IMG/VR virus record: IMGVR_UViG_3300007513_000031
Coordinates: 8 to 64,007 of that record
Direction: 5' to 3' (one strand)
Length of the DNA stretch: 64,000 nucleotides
Source: a virus
Lineage: Duplodnaviria > Caudoviricetes
Shown in pieces: positions 18,624-28,308 of the stretch (position 1 is the first letter of the stretch; each line of letters begins with the position of its first letter). Under the pieces are notes generated by a model. It had not been told where the DNA came from and did no database searches. It saw only the letters and a program-made list of their open reading frames with translations. The position numbers and the translations under genes were made by a program.

Positions 18624-21600
18624 ATGGCTATAGGCCGTATATCTGGATCGGTATTAAAGTCCAATTTGACTAGGAATGGTGTCGATCTTGCATTTGAAAC
18701 AAACCTACTTTATCTTGACGTTACGAATTCTCGTATAGGTATAGGTACTTCTTCCCCAAGCACAACATTAGATGTAGACGGAACAATCACAGGAACAACA
18801 GTAACAGCAGGCACATTAACAGCTTCTGGTACAGGTACGAGTGCTCTATTAACATTAACTACTACAGAAGCAAGTGCATCAGCAAGTCCAATTATAGCAT
18901 TAAAAAGAAATAGCGGAAGTCCAGCAGACTCAGACAAACTAGGTCAACTATCATTTTTAGGTGAAAACGATAACGATCAAGAAGTTGAATATGCAAGAAT
19001 ATACTCTTCTATCTTTGATGCATCTGACGGAACTGAAGATGGAAAAATACAAGTTCAGGTAATGAAAGCTGGAACTCTTTCAAATTCTATGCGTTTTGAA
19101 CAAGATGGAATATTTTTAAACACATCAAACACTATTATTTTTGAAGGTGCAACTGCTGACAATTACGAAACTACATTAACAGTTGTAGACCCAACAGCAG
19201 ATAGAACAGTATCTTTACCCAATGCTACAACAACGTTAGTAGGTACAGATACTACAGATACACTTACAAATAAAACATTAACATCTCCTTCAATAAATGG
19301 TGCGTATACACTTCCAACATCAGACGGTAGTAACGGACAAGTAATACAAACCGACGGAAGTGGAACATTATCATTTGCAGACTCTTCAGGTGGTGGTGGT
19401 GGAAATAACACAGCAGTAAAACAATTTAATTATTATAAACTAGGAACAACATCAGCAGTTATAGATGAATTTGATTTAGACGAATTTAGAGGTGCTGTTT
19501 ATAATGTTACAATGGAAGATCATGACAATTCATTAATTGGTTATGTAAAAATTTCTGTTGTACACAATGATTCTACTCCTTTTATTTCTGTATACGATGT
19601 AAATGAAGATAGTACAAACATAGTTAATTTTACTGCGGCAATATCTGGAGATATGTTGCAATTGTCTGGTTCAACACAAAGCTCCACACATACAAATTTA
19701 AGAATTTATAGAGTTGCATTAGGTGATCATCATGAAACAGTTACAAATACAAACTCAAAAATTATAAAAGCATCAACAGCGATTACTACTGCTGGAGTAA
19801 CAATAGATTCATTTACAAAAACAGAAATACAAGGTGCAAAATATGTTGTTTTATTTAAAGATTCAACACAATCTGAATATCAAATTTCAGAAGTAAGTTT
19901 AACTCATGACGGTACAACTGTATATTTTAACGATTATGCTAAAGTATCAACTAGAAGTGATTATGCTTTTACCATGACATCAACAATTTCATCATCAACA
20001 TTAACATTAACAGCGGCATCAACTGGTGGTACATCTGCCACAGCAATATTATATAGACAAGATTTGGGTTCTAAAACAAAATTAGGTGAAGTTGACAATA
20101 CATTTTACGGTAAGAAAAGTGATATAGACTCTTCAGCCGAAACTATTGATTCATTTGACGTATTCAAATACAGGTCTGCAAGATACTTTATTAATATAGG
20201 ACACTCTGGAGATACTGCATATCAAAATTCTGAAATAACGTTGACTGTTAATTCAGCTGGTACAGATGCAACTATAAGTGAAAGTGTTGTAAGAACTGGG
20301 TCAACAGATTTAGCAACATTTACAGCAGATGTATCTGGTGGAAAAGCAAGATTAAGAATGCAGGGTACATCAGCAAATAATGTAATTTATTTTGCAAGAT
20401 TGGCAATGGAGGCCAATAACATTTATAGAGCAAACGCACAAACATCAGACGATTTATATATTACACATAATAATTTCACACTAAAAGCGGAAATGCTTGA
20501 TTTATCCGGTGCTACTGGATCATTAAAACTACCTTCAGGAACTACTGCACAAAGATCATCAGGTGAAGTTGGTATGTTAAGATATAATTCAACAACAAGT
20601 ACGTATGAAAGATATGACTCTTCGGGTTGGACAGCAATTACAACAACTGCTTCAACAACAGATTTAGATGACACAACAACTGGAGTAAAAACTTCTATTG
20701 GAACTTCCGCAACAAACATTGATACTTTTACTTCAAGTTCTTATGATTCTGCATTTTATCTTGTGGTAACAAGAGACGAAATTAATGAAGAAACTGCCAC
20801 AGATCAAATAAGTTTAGTACATAATAACACAACGGCATTTGTTGCATCAGGTGGTGGTATTAGATCAGGAGATAATGATCACCTAACATATACAGCAGAT
20901 ATTAGCACTGGTACAGTAAGATTAAGAGGTACAGGTACAAGTGATGTAAACTCAATTAAATTCTTTAGAATTGCAATGGGCGATGATACAAGTGCTACGT
21001 CTTCAGGTGCAACTGCAATTGTATTAAACACAGATGTTGATAGTGCTGTAGAAAATATAGATACCTGGGCTCATGCTTCTTATAGAGGTGCAAAATATTA
21101 TATTAGTGCAAACAATTCATCAAAAACAGAATTACAAAACATAGAATGTTCAGTTGTTCACAACGGAACAACCGCCTTTATTACAACATACAACGACGTA
21201 TACACTGGTAATAATGCTTTAATAACATTGACAGCAGACATCGATGGTGATAACGTAAGATTACGTGCAACAGGTAATGAAGCAAATACTGCGGTTAAGA
21301 TGTATAGAATTTTATTAGGAGATTCAGAATCAGACACAACTGGAACCAACACAAAAGTTGTTGGTGCAGTAACAGTATCATCATCTGCAACAGCAATAGA
21401 CACTTTTTCAAGTGACTCATACACAGGTTCTCACTATGTTGTAGTTGGTTACAACTCAAGTGAGTCTGGTACACCAGCATCTGTTTCAGAAGTATTTGTA
21501 GTACATGACGGGTCAACTGCTTACGTAAGTTCAGGACCAATTGTATCATCAAAAGGTACAGATCAATTAACATTTACAGCGGCATTATCAGGTACAACAG

Positions 21601-22574
21601 TAACATTATCCGCGGCAAGTACTAGTGGAGGATCTACAACTGTTAATGCTTTTAGAACACATATAAAAAGAGAAACGGCAGGTGCCTCAACATCATTACA
21701 AGTTTTAACAAGTAATGATCAAACAATCACAGGTGATAAAACTTTTGCGGATAATGCCAAACTTATTATGGGTACTGGTGAAGATTTAAAAATATATCAC
21801 TCAGGTAGCCATAGTATTATTCAAGACGCTGGTGCAGGTAACTTAAGAATTAGAGGTAGTATTACACAAATAATGGGTAATAGTAATGACGAAAGCCATG
21901 CAGTCTTTACTGAGGATGGTTCAGCAGAACTTTATTATGATGGTACAAAGATGTTTGAAACAACAACTTCTGGTGCACAAATTACAACTACATCAACTAG
22001 TGACGCATTATTAATTGATATGACTGAAGCAAGTTCAACAGCGGGACCTGTATTGTCATTAAAAAGAAATAGTGCAAGTCCAGCAGACTCAGATTATCTT
22101 GGACAGATTAACTTTAAAGGTGAGAACGACGCTGACCAAGAAGTAAACTACGCTAACATTACTGGAAAAATACTAGATGCTTCAGACGGATCTGAAGACG
22201 GTATTTTAGAAATGGCACACCTAAAAAATGGAACAAGCACAACAACAATGAGATTTAGATCTGATAGTTTACAACTATTAAATGACACTAACCTAAGGGT
22301 TACTGGTCACGTAGAACTAGGCGTGTTGGATAGTGATCCATCTACAACTGCCAACTTTGCACACATATACGCCAAAGACGATACGTCAAGTGCTGAAGTA
22401 TATGTAAGAGACGAAGCAGGTAACGTTACAAAACTTTCACCGCACAACGAAAAAGGAAATTGGGAATACTTCTCAAGAAATACAATAACAGGTAAAACTG
22501 TTAGAGTTGATATGGAAGAAATGATTAAAGATATTGAAAAATTAACAGGTAAAAAATATATCAAGGAGGAATAA
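18624..22574 (+). CDS. Large modular tail fibre/virion protein (1316 aa)
   Basis: Shared MAIGRISG N-terminus; six ID(S/T/E)(F/W)..(Y/F)R.A.Y-type domains; two LKRNS.SPADSD.LGQ..F.GEND domains. Confidence 0.75.
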   Translation: MAIGRISGSVLKSNLTRNGVDLAFETNLLYLDVTNSRIGIGTSSPSTTLDVDGTITGTTVTAGTLTASGTGTSALLTLTTTEASASASPIIALKRNSGSPADSDKLGQLSFLGENDNDQEVEYARIYSSIFDASDGTEDGKIQVQVMKAGTLSNSMRFEQDGIFLNTSNTIIFEGATADNYETTLTVVDPTADRTVSLPNATTTLVGTDTTDTLTNKTLTSPSINGAYTLPTSDGSNGQVIQTDGSGTLSFADSSGGGGGNNTAVKQFNYYKLGTTSAVIDEFDLDEFRGAVYNVTMEDHDNSLIGYVKISVVHNDSTPFISVYDVNEDSTNIVNFTAAISGDMLQLSGSTQSSTHTNLRIYRVALGDHHETVTNTNSKIIKASTAITTAGVTIDSFTKTEIQGAKYVVLFKDSTQSEYQISEVSLTHDGTTVYFNDYAKVSTRSDYAFTMTSTISSSTLTLTAASTGGTSATAILYRQDLGSKTKLGEVDNTFYGKKSDIDSSAETIDSFDVFKYRSARYFINIGHSGDTAYQNSEITLTVNSAGTDATISESVVRTGSTDLATFTADVSGGKARLRMQGTSANNVIYFARLAMEANNIYRANAQTSDDLYITHNNFTLKAEMLDLSGATGSLKLPSGTTAQRSSGEVGMLRYNSTTSTYERYDSSGWTAITTTASTTDLDDTTTGVKTSIGTSATNIDTFTSSSYDSAFYLVVTRDEINEETATDQISLVHNNTTAFVASGGGIRSGDNDHLTYTADISTGTVRLRGTGTSDVNSIKFFRIAMGDDTSATSSGATAIVLNTDVDSAVENIDTWAHASYRGAKYYISANNSSKTELQNIECSVVHNGTTAFITTYNDVYTGNNALITLTADIDGDNVRLRATGNEANTAVKMYRILLGDSESDTTGTNTKVVGAVTVSSSATAIDTFSSDSYTGSHYVVVGYNSSESGTPASVSEVFVVHDGSTAYVSSGPIVSSKGTDQLTFTAALSGTTVTLSAASTSGGSTTVNAFRTHIKRETAGASTSLQVLTSNDQTITGDKTFADNAKLIMGTGEDLKIYHSGSHSIIQDAGAGNLRIRGSITQIMGNSNDESHAVFTEDGSAELYYDGTKMFETTTSGAQITTTSTSDALLIDMTEASSTAGPVLSLKRNSASPADSDYLGQINFKGENDADQEVNYANITGKILDASDGSEDGILEMAHLKNGTSTTTMRFRSDSLQLLNDTNLRVTGHVELGVLDSDPSTTANFAHIYAKDDTSSAEVYVRDEAGNVTKLSPHNEKGNWEYFSRNTITGKTVRVDMEEMIKDIEKLTGKKYIKEE

Positions 22575-23209
22575 TGCCAAAACGATATAGTTTAATGAAA
22601 GTAGAAGACGACGATACTGATAATAAACCAGTAACGGATAAAGACGGCGACTTTCACAAAAAACAAGTATTAGAAAAACTTGTTGTAAGAAATACATCCA
22701 CTAGTGAAAATAATATATTAATGATCACTAGAGCAGATTCTTCTGCGGGTGGTCCTCATATGACCATGGAAAGAATTTCCGACAGTCCAGCAAAAGGCGA
22801 TATATTAGGAAAAATACAATGGAAAGGTAGAAACGATGCTGGCGAAACTATACGTTATGCAAGTATTGATACTAAAATTAGAGATGCAAAAAAAGGAACA
22901 GATGATGCTGGTTTAGTTTTTACTACAAGAGTTGGCGGACAACACAAATCAATGTTAATCGTACAAAACGATGGCGTAATTGTTCACGTAGATAAACCTT
23001 TAATGTTGCAGGCACAAGGTTATAAAAAAACTAGATTATTTGGTACCAATGCAACAGCAAGAAGAGATATATATTTTCCTGATCAAGCCGGAACTGTAAT
23101 GGTTAATGAATCAGGAAAAGTTATGGCAACCGACTTACCAACAAGCGATCCTAACAACGAAGGTCAACTTTGGAACGATAGCGGTACTATAAAAATTAGT
23201 GCTGGTTAA
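22574..23209 (+). CDS. Fibre-related protein (paralog of an internal domain of 18624)
   Basis: ERISDSPAKGDILGKIQWKGRNDAG domain; C-terminal LPTSDP...GQLWNDSGT.KIS. Confidence 0.6.
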   Translation: MPKRYSLMKVEDDDTDNKPVTDKDGDFHKKQVLEKLVVRNTSTSENNILMITRADSSAGGPHMTMERISDSPAKGDILGKIQWKGRNDAGETIRYASIDTKIRDAKKGTDDAGLVFTTRVGGQHKSMLIVQNDGVIVHVDKPLMLQAQGYKKTRLFGTNATARRDIYFPDQAGTVMVNESGKVMATDLPTSDPNNEGQLWNDSGTIKISAG

Positions 23210-23215
23210 AATAAG

Positions 23216-23326
23216 TTAAATCACAACATCGCAATAACAATGTTCGCAAGGACATATTCCGTATTCGTCTGCGTGAAGTTCCTCATCACAGTGACAAGGG
23301 TGATAACATTTATTACATTCGATCAT
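23216..23326 (-). CDS. 36-aa Cys/His-rich metallothionein-like peptide MIECNKCYHPCHCDEELHADEYGICPCEHCYCDVVI (not in ORF track)
   Basis: Hand-translated: 8 Cys and 4 His in CxxC/CxC pairs; SD GAGGAG upstream. Confidence 0.65.
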   Translation of the reverse strand: MIECNKCYHPCHCDEELHADEYGICPCEHCYCDVVI

Positions 23327-23351
23327 ATGGTCATTCTTCTCCTCTACGATA

Positions 23352-23460
23352 TGTGTTAACGTGGCACCTGGTTATAGGTCTGATCCACGTTAACACAAGT
23401 TAAAAACGATGCTTAATGATCGGTGTCAACTCGAGCGAGAGTGTAAAAGTTGCATCGTTA
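23352..23460 (-). ncRNA. Putative structured RNA/leader with two long hairpins
   Basis: 13-bp perfect inverted repeat 23352-64/23385-97; 8-bp inverted repeat 23405-12/23452-59; TATAGATA late-like promoter at 23474-23467 (minus strand). Confidence 0.45.
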
Positions 23461-23567
23461 TATTAGTATCTATATAAAATATATTAAATTTGAATATTAT
23501 TTGAGTTTGTTAATTCTGCATATATGAGTCATATGGTGGTTCAAAAATTGAGATAAAACAATTCTGA

Positions 23568-23996
23568 TCACACAATTAAGTCTAAAATAGTTTGTAACTT
23601 ACCTTTTATACTTTTATTATTAACAGTATTTTTTAATCCTGCGTGTAAATTTTTTGGCCAACATTCAAACGCAGTCCAACAATATCCTGAATGTTCCTTA
23701 TTTAATTTTGGTATAAATTCTGATTCAACAGCAATAAGATATGTATGAAAGAAAAACTTTTGATCATTTGATGTAAACAATTCTAAAGGTATTACTTTTT
23801 TAAATTTTGGTGTATAGCCCACTTCTTCTTGTATTTCTCTTTTTAAACCTTCAAATGCAGATTCAGTAAAACGTGCTTGTCCACCAACTAACCCCCACAT
23901 TCCACGTGTTTTAGCATCGGTTCTTTGTACAAACAAAAAACGTTTTGTTGATGTACAATAAAACAAGGCACCAGAACAAATTATATTTTCTTTCAT
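23568..23996 (-). CDS. Nudix hydrolase
   Basis: WGLVGG...ES...GLKREIQEEVG Nudix box. Confidence 0.9.
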   Translation of the reverse strand: MKENIICSGALFYCTSTKRFLFVQRTDAKTRGMWGLVGGQARFTESAFEGLKREIQEEVGYTPKFKKVIPLELFTSNDQKFFFHTYLIAVESEFIPKLNKEHSGYCWTAFECWPKNLHAGLKNTVNNKSIKGKLQTILDLIV

Positions 23997-24001
23997 ATGT
24001 T

Positions 24002-24030
24002 AGTATAACAATTTATTATGATTTTATCAA
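24002..24030 (-). promoter_or_regulatory. Sigma70-like promoter for the Nudix gene
   Basis: TTGATA-N17-TATACT with TG extended -10 on the minus strand. Confidence 0.6.
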
Positions 24031-25505
24031 GGAGTTGTTGCGTCAGTTGATGCATCATAACCAGCACTAGCACCACCATCTAATACTATTGACCAATTAC
24101 CAGCAGTATAAATGCCTTCATATGATTTAACCCATTCCGTACCATTAAATCTATACTGTATTCCTGTATGTGAATTTGTAACATAATGTTGCGTAGAATC
24201 TGGATGTGATGCATCAAATACTTTTAACCATCGACTGCCAGCACTAAGACCAGCATTATATTCAATAATATCACCTACACTAGCAACCAATGTTCCCCAA
24301 GTATCGCTTGTATATGTGGAAGTGGAATCTCCAACATCATTTATAATCAAATATCTAGTATTGGGAGTTGGTGTTGCTCCTGGGTCAAATGTTGCAGGAT
24401 TAATAATTTTTGTTACCGCTGTTAAAGTATTTGCCGGAATAGTATCTTGATCAATATTGAATAATAAAATTGTTTCTTCTAAAGCATTAACAGCAATTGT
24501 TCCAATAATTTCATTTCCGTTTGGTTGCTTTAATCTTATTTGTGATGTATCGTTTCTTACTTTACCATATTGATCTAAAAGGGTTTTCCAATTAATTGCA
24601 GGTCCAAATGTTTCATATGGGTCAAAGTTTGATGGTTCATTAGCACCTGTATAATATCCAGAACCCCCTGTTCCTATTCCTGGTTCTGTACTTGTTGTGG
24701 TTGTACCAGTACTTCCTAATAATCTTAATTGATTTCCTGTAACTAATAAACCATAATTGTTCGGCGTGATATAACTTCTTGTTAACAATGTTCCGTCAAT
24801 TAATCCCGATGTAATTCCGCCATCGTCGTCATATATGCTCATTATAATTTTTTGTATAACACCTAATTTTGATACTTTAACAGGTGGTGATAGCCATATT
24901 GGCATAGAAAAATTTATTGTTGCAATATCAATTTCTGTATCTGCACCAATAGGTATTGTTCTAGAACTAAATGTTGTGCTTGTTAATTCAACATAACTTA
25001 AACTAGTCCAATCAATATAATTGTCTGTTTTTTGTATTTCAAAATCAGGATTAAACAAATATAAAATTTGTTCCATTATTTGTAATTTTTGATCTGTATT
25101 TGTTGTCCATATATCTGCTGTAACTTCTAACCTAAAAGGAGAAGGCATAACTTTTTCAATAGTATATCCTGCACCTAATTTATTATCTGCATATGTTCCA
25201 TCAGCTAAAACATCACGTTCTTTTAAATGTTGTTTTTCAATATGATAAGGATTTTGCATTCTTTCTCTATCATAATTTAATTCTCTAACATAAGCGGCAA
25301 TTCTTGGAGCATATTGTAATGCGTTTTCACTATTATTTCTAATAATGTTTGCAACTTGTCTTGTTGGGTCTCCATAAACAACCGGAACTGCTCTTAAAGT
25401 TACGGCATCATCTTTACCTTTTCCTGTTTCCACAGAAAAATTACTCAAAACTCTTATAAATTGAGTTAGAAATTTTCTAATTTGCCCGTCGTAAAAATGT
25501 AACAT
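24027..25505 (-). CDS. gp15: Tail sheath stabilizer/terminator (gp15-like) with C-terminal extension
   Basis: FYDGQIR.F..QF.R...VPVVYGD; QKLQIMEQIL.LFNP motif; synteny with gp13/gp14. Confidence 0.75.
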   Translation of the reverse strand: MLHFYDGQIRKFLTQFIRVLSNFSVETGKGKDDAVTLRAVPVVYGDPTRQVANIIRNNSENALQYAPRIAAYVRELNYDRERMQNPYHIEKQHLKERDVLADGTYADNKLGAGYTIEKVMPSPFRLEVTADIWTTNTDQKLQIMEQILYLFNPDFEIQKTDNYIDWTSLSYVELTSTTFSSRTIPIGADTEIDIATINFSMPIWLSPPVKVSKLGVIQKIIMSIYDDDGGITSGLIDGTLLTRSYITPNNYGLLVTGNQLRLLGSTGTTTTSTEPGIGTGGSGYYTGANEPSNFDPYETFGPAINWKTLLDQYGKVRNDTSQIRLKQPNGNEIIGTIAVNALEETILLFNIDQDTIPANTLTAVTKIINPATFDPGATPTPNTRYLIINDVGDSTSTYTSDTWGTLVASVGDIIEYNAGLSAGSRWLKVFDASHPDSTQHYVTNSHTGIQYRFNGTEWVKSYEGIYTAGNWSIVLDGGASAGYDASTDATTP

Positions 25506-26671
25506 TAATTGTCAGCCTTCGGTTTTAATGCATTTGATAATGACTGTCTTTGATCTACTGTTAAACCATTAATATTAGTTGTGCCTGATGCATTAACAAA
25601 TTTAGTTTTCCAATTTTCTTTTGTATCCGTATTACTCATAGTTATTCTAACTGAATCTTCTATTTTAACCCATCTGGTTCCATCAAAACGGAACAATCTA
25701 TTTGGTAGATAATCTGTTCTTAAGAAGTAATCACCTGTGTCAACATTAGAAGTTGGAAATGTTATACCAAATCCTGCAGGATTTCCGTTTGGTGCAACAC
25801 CGTCACCGTCTAAATAGAAACCATAATGTGATGCCGCTGGTGTATCTATTGTTGCATTTATTGTTTTATTTGTACTAATTCTATCAGTAGTATTAACATT
25901 ATCGGTTCTAATATTTCCTCTTTCATCAATTGGTGCAACATAATATTGTTTATAATTAAATCCTGCTTTTGGTGAATCTGCTTCTGCCTGTGCAACAACT
26001 TGATCATTAATAGTTTTTTCTCTATTATAAGTTGACATATAATTAGCAACCGATCCTTCTGTTGTAGCGTCGCCTATAATATCTCTAAATTCTTGTGCAT
26101 CAACTAGTGTTTTTAATTTCAATCTTAACAAGTGTGGCCACCAAGTTTGTGAAAATCCCTCTGCCGCTCTGTTAACATCTTCTATAACATAATATCTTTT
26201 AAGTGCAATTGGTATACTTTCATCTAAAGAATAGTCTTCTTTCATATGTGGAAATTCAATAACATCTCCAGACATAGGTTTTCTACCTAATCTTTCAACT
26301 ATATCATTCATATGTACAGTTAAAAATATTGTATCATTTTGTAAAAACATACCAAATTGTGATAGATTAAAATCTATATCTTGTACGTTGTATATTCCTC
26401 TTATAACATAAACATCTGGTGAGTATTTTCTATCTCTATTTTCTAAAAATAGTAAATCTTGTATCGTTCTTTCGTTAAGACTATCGCCCGAATACTGTGG
26501 TAGTGTAGGTGATGCTTCACCGTCTTTGTTAGTATCTCCCTGGTCATAGGGGCCTAAATATTTGTGGAAATGTAGATCGGTTCCCCCAACCGTAAACATC
26601 TCTTTAATGTTACGATCAAAGAATTTATAGTCGTTGCCTTTTTCTGGCTTAAAAATGGATAATCTTGGCAT
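25505..26671 (-). CDS. gp14: Neck protein (gp14-like)
   Basis: LSQFG.F...D.IF.TVH..KPMSGDVIEFPH; start placed at MPRLS after TAAATA. Confidence 0.7.
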   Translation of the reverse strand: MPRLSIFKPEKGNDYKFFDRNIKEMFTVGGTDLHFHKYLGPYDQGDTNKDGEASPTLPQYSGDSLNERTIQDLLFLENRDRKYSPDVYVIRGIYNVQDIDFNLSQFGMFLQNDTIFLTVHMNDIVERLGRKPMSGDVIEFPHMKEDYSLDESIPIALKRYYVIEDVNRAAEGFSQTWWPHLLRLKLKTLVDAQEFRDIIGDATTEGSVANYMSTYNREKTINDQVVAQAEADSPKAGFNYKQYYVAPIDERGNIRTDNVNTTDRISTNKTINATIDTPAASHYGFYLDGDGVAPNGNPAGFGITFPTSNVDTGDYFLRTDYLPNRLFRFDGTRWVKIEDSVRITMSNTDTKENWKTKFVNASGTTNINGLTVDQRQSLSNALKPKADN

Positions 26672-26714
26672 ATCACACATATTTATTGATTGCACAACTA
26701 CTATAAATATGTGT

Positions 26715-27476
26715 ATGTCAGAACTTCAAACAGGCCAACAAGAGATATTTGATTACGTAAAAAATAATCTAGGTGAGGGTATGATAGATGTTGAATTAGA
26801 CCCAAAACACTATCAAACAGCACTAGAAAGAGCAATCAATAGATACAGACAGCGTTCTTCAAATGCTGTTGAAGAGTCATATGCTTTTCTTGAATTACAA
26901 GAGAATCAAAACACATATATTTTACCAGATGAAGTTATTAATGTGAGAAAATTATTCAGAAGAACAGTAGGTTCACGTACAGAAGGTGGCGAAGGTGGTA
27001 CATTATTTGAACCATTCAATTTAGCATACACAAATACGTACTTGTTAAGAGCAGGAGCAACAGGTGGATTAGCCACGTATTTTGCTTTTGCTTCTTATCA
27101 AGAATTAATAGGTAAATTGTTTGGCTCATTTATACAATTTCATTTTGACGTTGCAACTAAAAAACTTACAATAACACAAAGACCAAGAGCAGATAAAGAA
27201 ACTGTTTTAATGCATACTGACAATTTTAGGCCAGATATTACATTATTCAAAGACATTTATGCAAAACCGTGGATTAGAGATTACACACTAGCAGTATCAA
27301 AAACTATGCTAGGAGAAGCAAGAGGCAAATTTAATACTATTGCTGGTCCACAGGGTGGTACAACTCTTAATGGTGCTGAACTTAAACAGCAAGGCCTTAC
27401 TGAAATGGAAAGATTAGACCAAGAAATTGGCGATTTTGCAGAAGGTGGAACACCTCACAGTTTTGTTATTGGTTAA
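26715..27476 (+). CDS. gp13: Neck protein (gp13-like)
   Basis: LG.GMIDVELD, WIRDYTLA..K..LG..RGKF..IAGP.GG.TLNG motifs. Confidence 0.85.
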   Translation: MSELQTGQQEIFDYVKNNLGEGMIDVELDPKHYQTALERAINRYRQRSSNAVEESYAFLELQENQNTYILPDEVINVRKLFRRTVGSRTEGGEGGTLFEPFNLAYTNTYLLRAGATGGLATYFAFASYQELIGKLFGSFIQFHFDVATKKLTITQRPRADKETVLMHTDNFRPDITLFKDIYAKPWIRDYTLAVSKTMLGEARGKFNTIAGPQGGTTLNGAELKQQGLTEMERLDQEIGDFAEGGTPHSFVIG

Positions 27477-27507
27477 TTCATAACCATATAATTTTAAATA
27501 AAAGCGA

Positions 27508-27690
27508 ATGAAAGACTCTCGTTATAAAAGATATTGTGATTGTGACATAGATGAATTGGAAGAGATTGTAACTGATTTAGAAAATATGTCTATTAGTGCG
27601 TTAAAAAATAAAAAGTTAAACCTAAGAAAAACCATCCTAGGTGCAGTAAAAGAAGCAAAATTAGAGATTGAAAAAAGACTAAAAAAATAG
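27508..27690 (+). CDS. Small hypothetical protein
   Basis: 60 aa coiled-coil ORF filling the gap between genes. Confidence 0.5.
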   Translation: MKDSRYKRYCDCDIDELEEIVTDLENMSISALKNKKLNLRKTILGAVKEAKLEIEKRLKK

Positions 27691-27696
27691 TATAAT
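27668..27696 (+). promoter_or_regulatory. Sigma70-like promoter for dNMP kinase
   Basis: TTGAAA-N17-TATAAT. Confidence 0.65.
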
Positions 27697-27702
27697 CAAT
27701 TA

Positions 27703-28308
27703 ATGTTAATAGGATTAGTAGGATTAATGGGGTCTGGTAAAGATACTGTCGCTGAACATCTTGTAGAATATCATGGATTTAAACGTGATAGTTTTGCAAA
27801 AAGTTTAAAAGATGCAGTAGCATCAATGTTTAATTGGGATAGAAAACTTCTAGAAGGTAGTACTAAAAAAAGTAGAGAATGGCGTGAACAGCCCGATGCT
27901 TTTTGGAGTGAACGTTTTGGTAAAGAAGTTACACCTAGGTGGGTATTACAATACTTTGGTACTGAAGTAATGCGTGGTCAAATGTATGATGCTATTTGGA
28001 TAGATAGTTGTATAGGCAGATATAAAGGTGAACCAACTGTTATTTCAGATACAAGATTTGTAAACGAAATTAAAACTATTAAAGCACAAGGTGGCAAAAT
28101 TATGTGTGTAAAAAGAGGTGAACTACCTACACAAAAAGAAATGCAAGAAAAGGGTGCTCATCAATCTGAATGGGATTGGTTGAATAGTGACTTTGATTTT
28201 GTTATTGAAAATAACGGAACTAAAGAAGAACTATTTGAAAAAGTTGACGAATTATTCATCAGCAATAAGATCACCAACACGCCAACCAAGTCTACGCACA
28301 CTGCTTAA
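27703..28308 (+). CDS. Deoxynucleoside monophosphate kinase (T4 gp1-like)
   Basis: IGLVGLMGSGKDT P-loop; TPRWVLQYFGTE; ISDTRF.NE; HQSE. Confidence 0.9.
   Translation: MLIGLVGLMGSGKDTVAEHLVEYHGFKRDSFAKSLKDAVASMFNWDRKLLEGSTKKSREWREQPDAFWSERFGKEVTPRWVLQYFGTEVMRGQMYDAIWIDSCIGRYKGEPTVISDTRFVNEIKTIKAQGGKIMCVKRGELPTQKEMQEKGAHQSEWDWLNSDFDFVIENNGTKEELFEKVDELFISNKITNTPTKSTHTA

Noticed and set aside
2080-22564. Numerous minus-strand ORFs antisense to structural genes
   Set aside because: Shadow ORFs arising from codon bias of the real plus-strand genes; no RBS or motifs
23345-23460. Self-cleaving ribozyme, retron msr-msd or CRISPR repeat
   Set aside because: No hammerhead core, no reverse transcriptase or cas gene in the window, and no repeat-spacer periodicity
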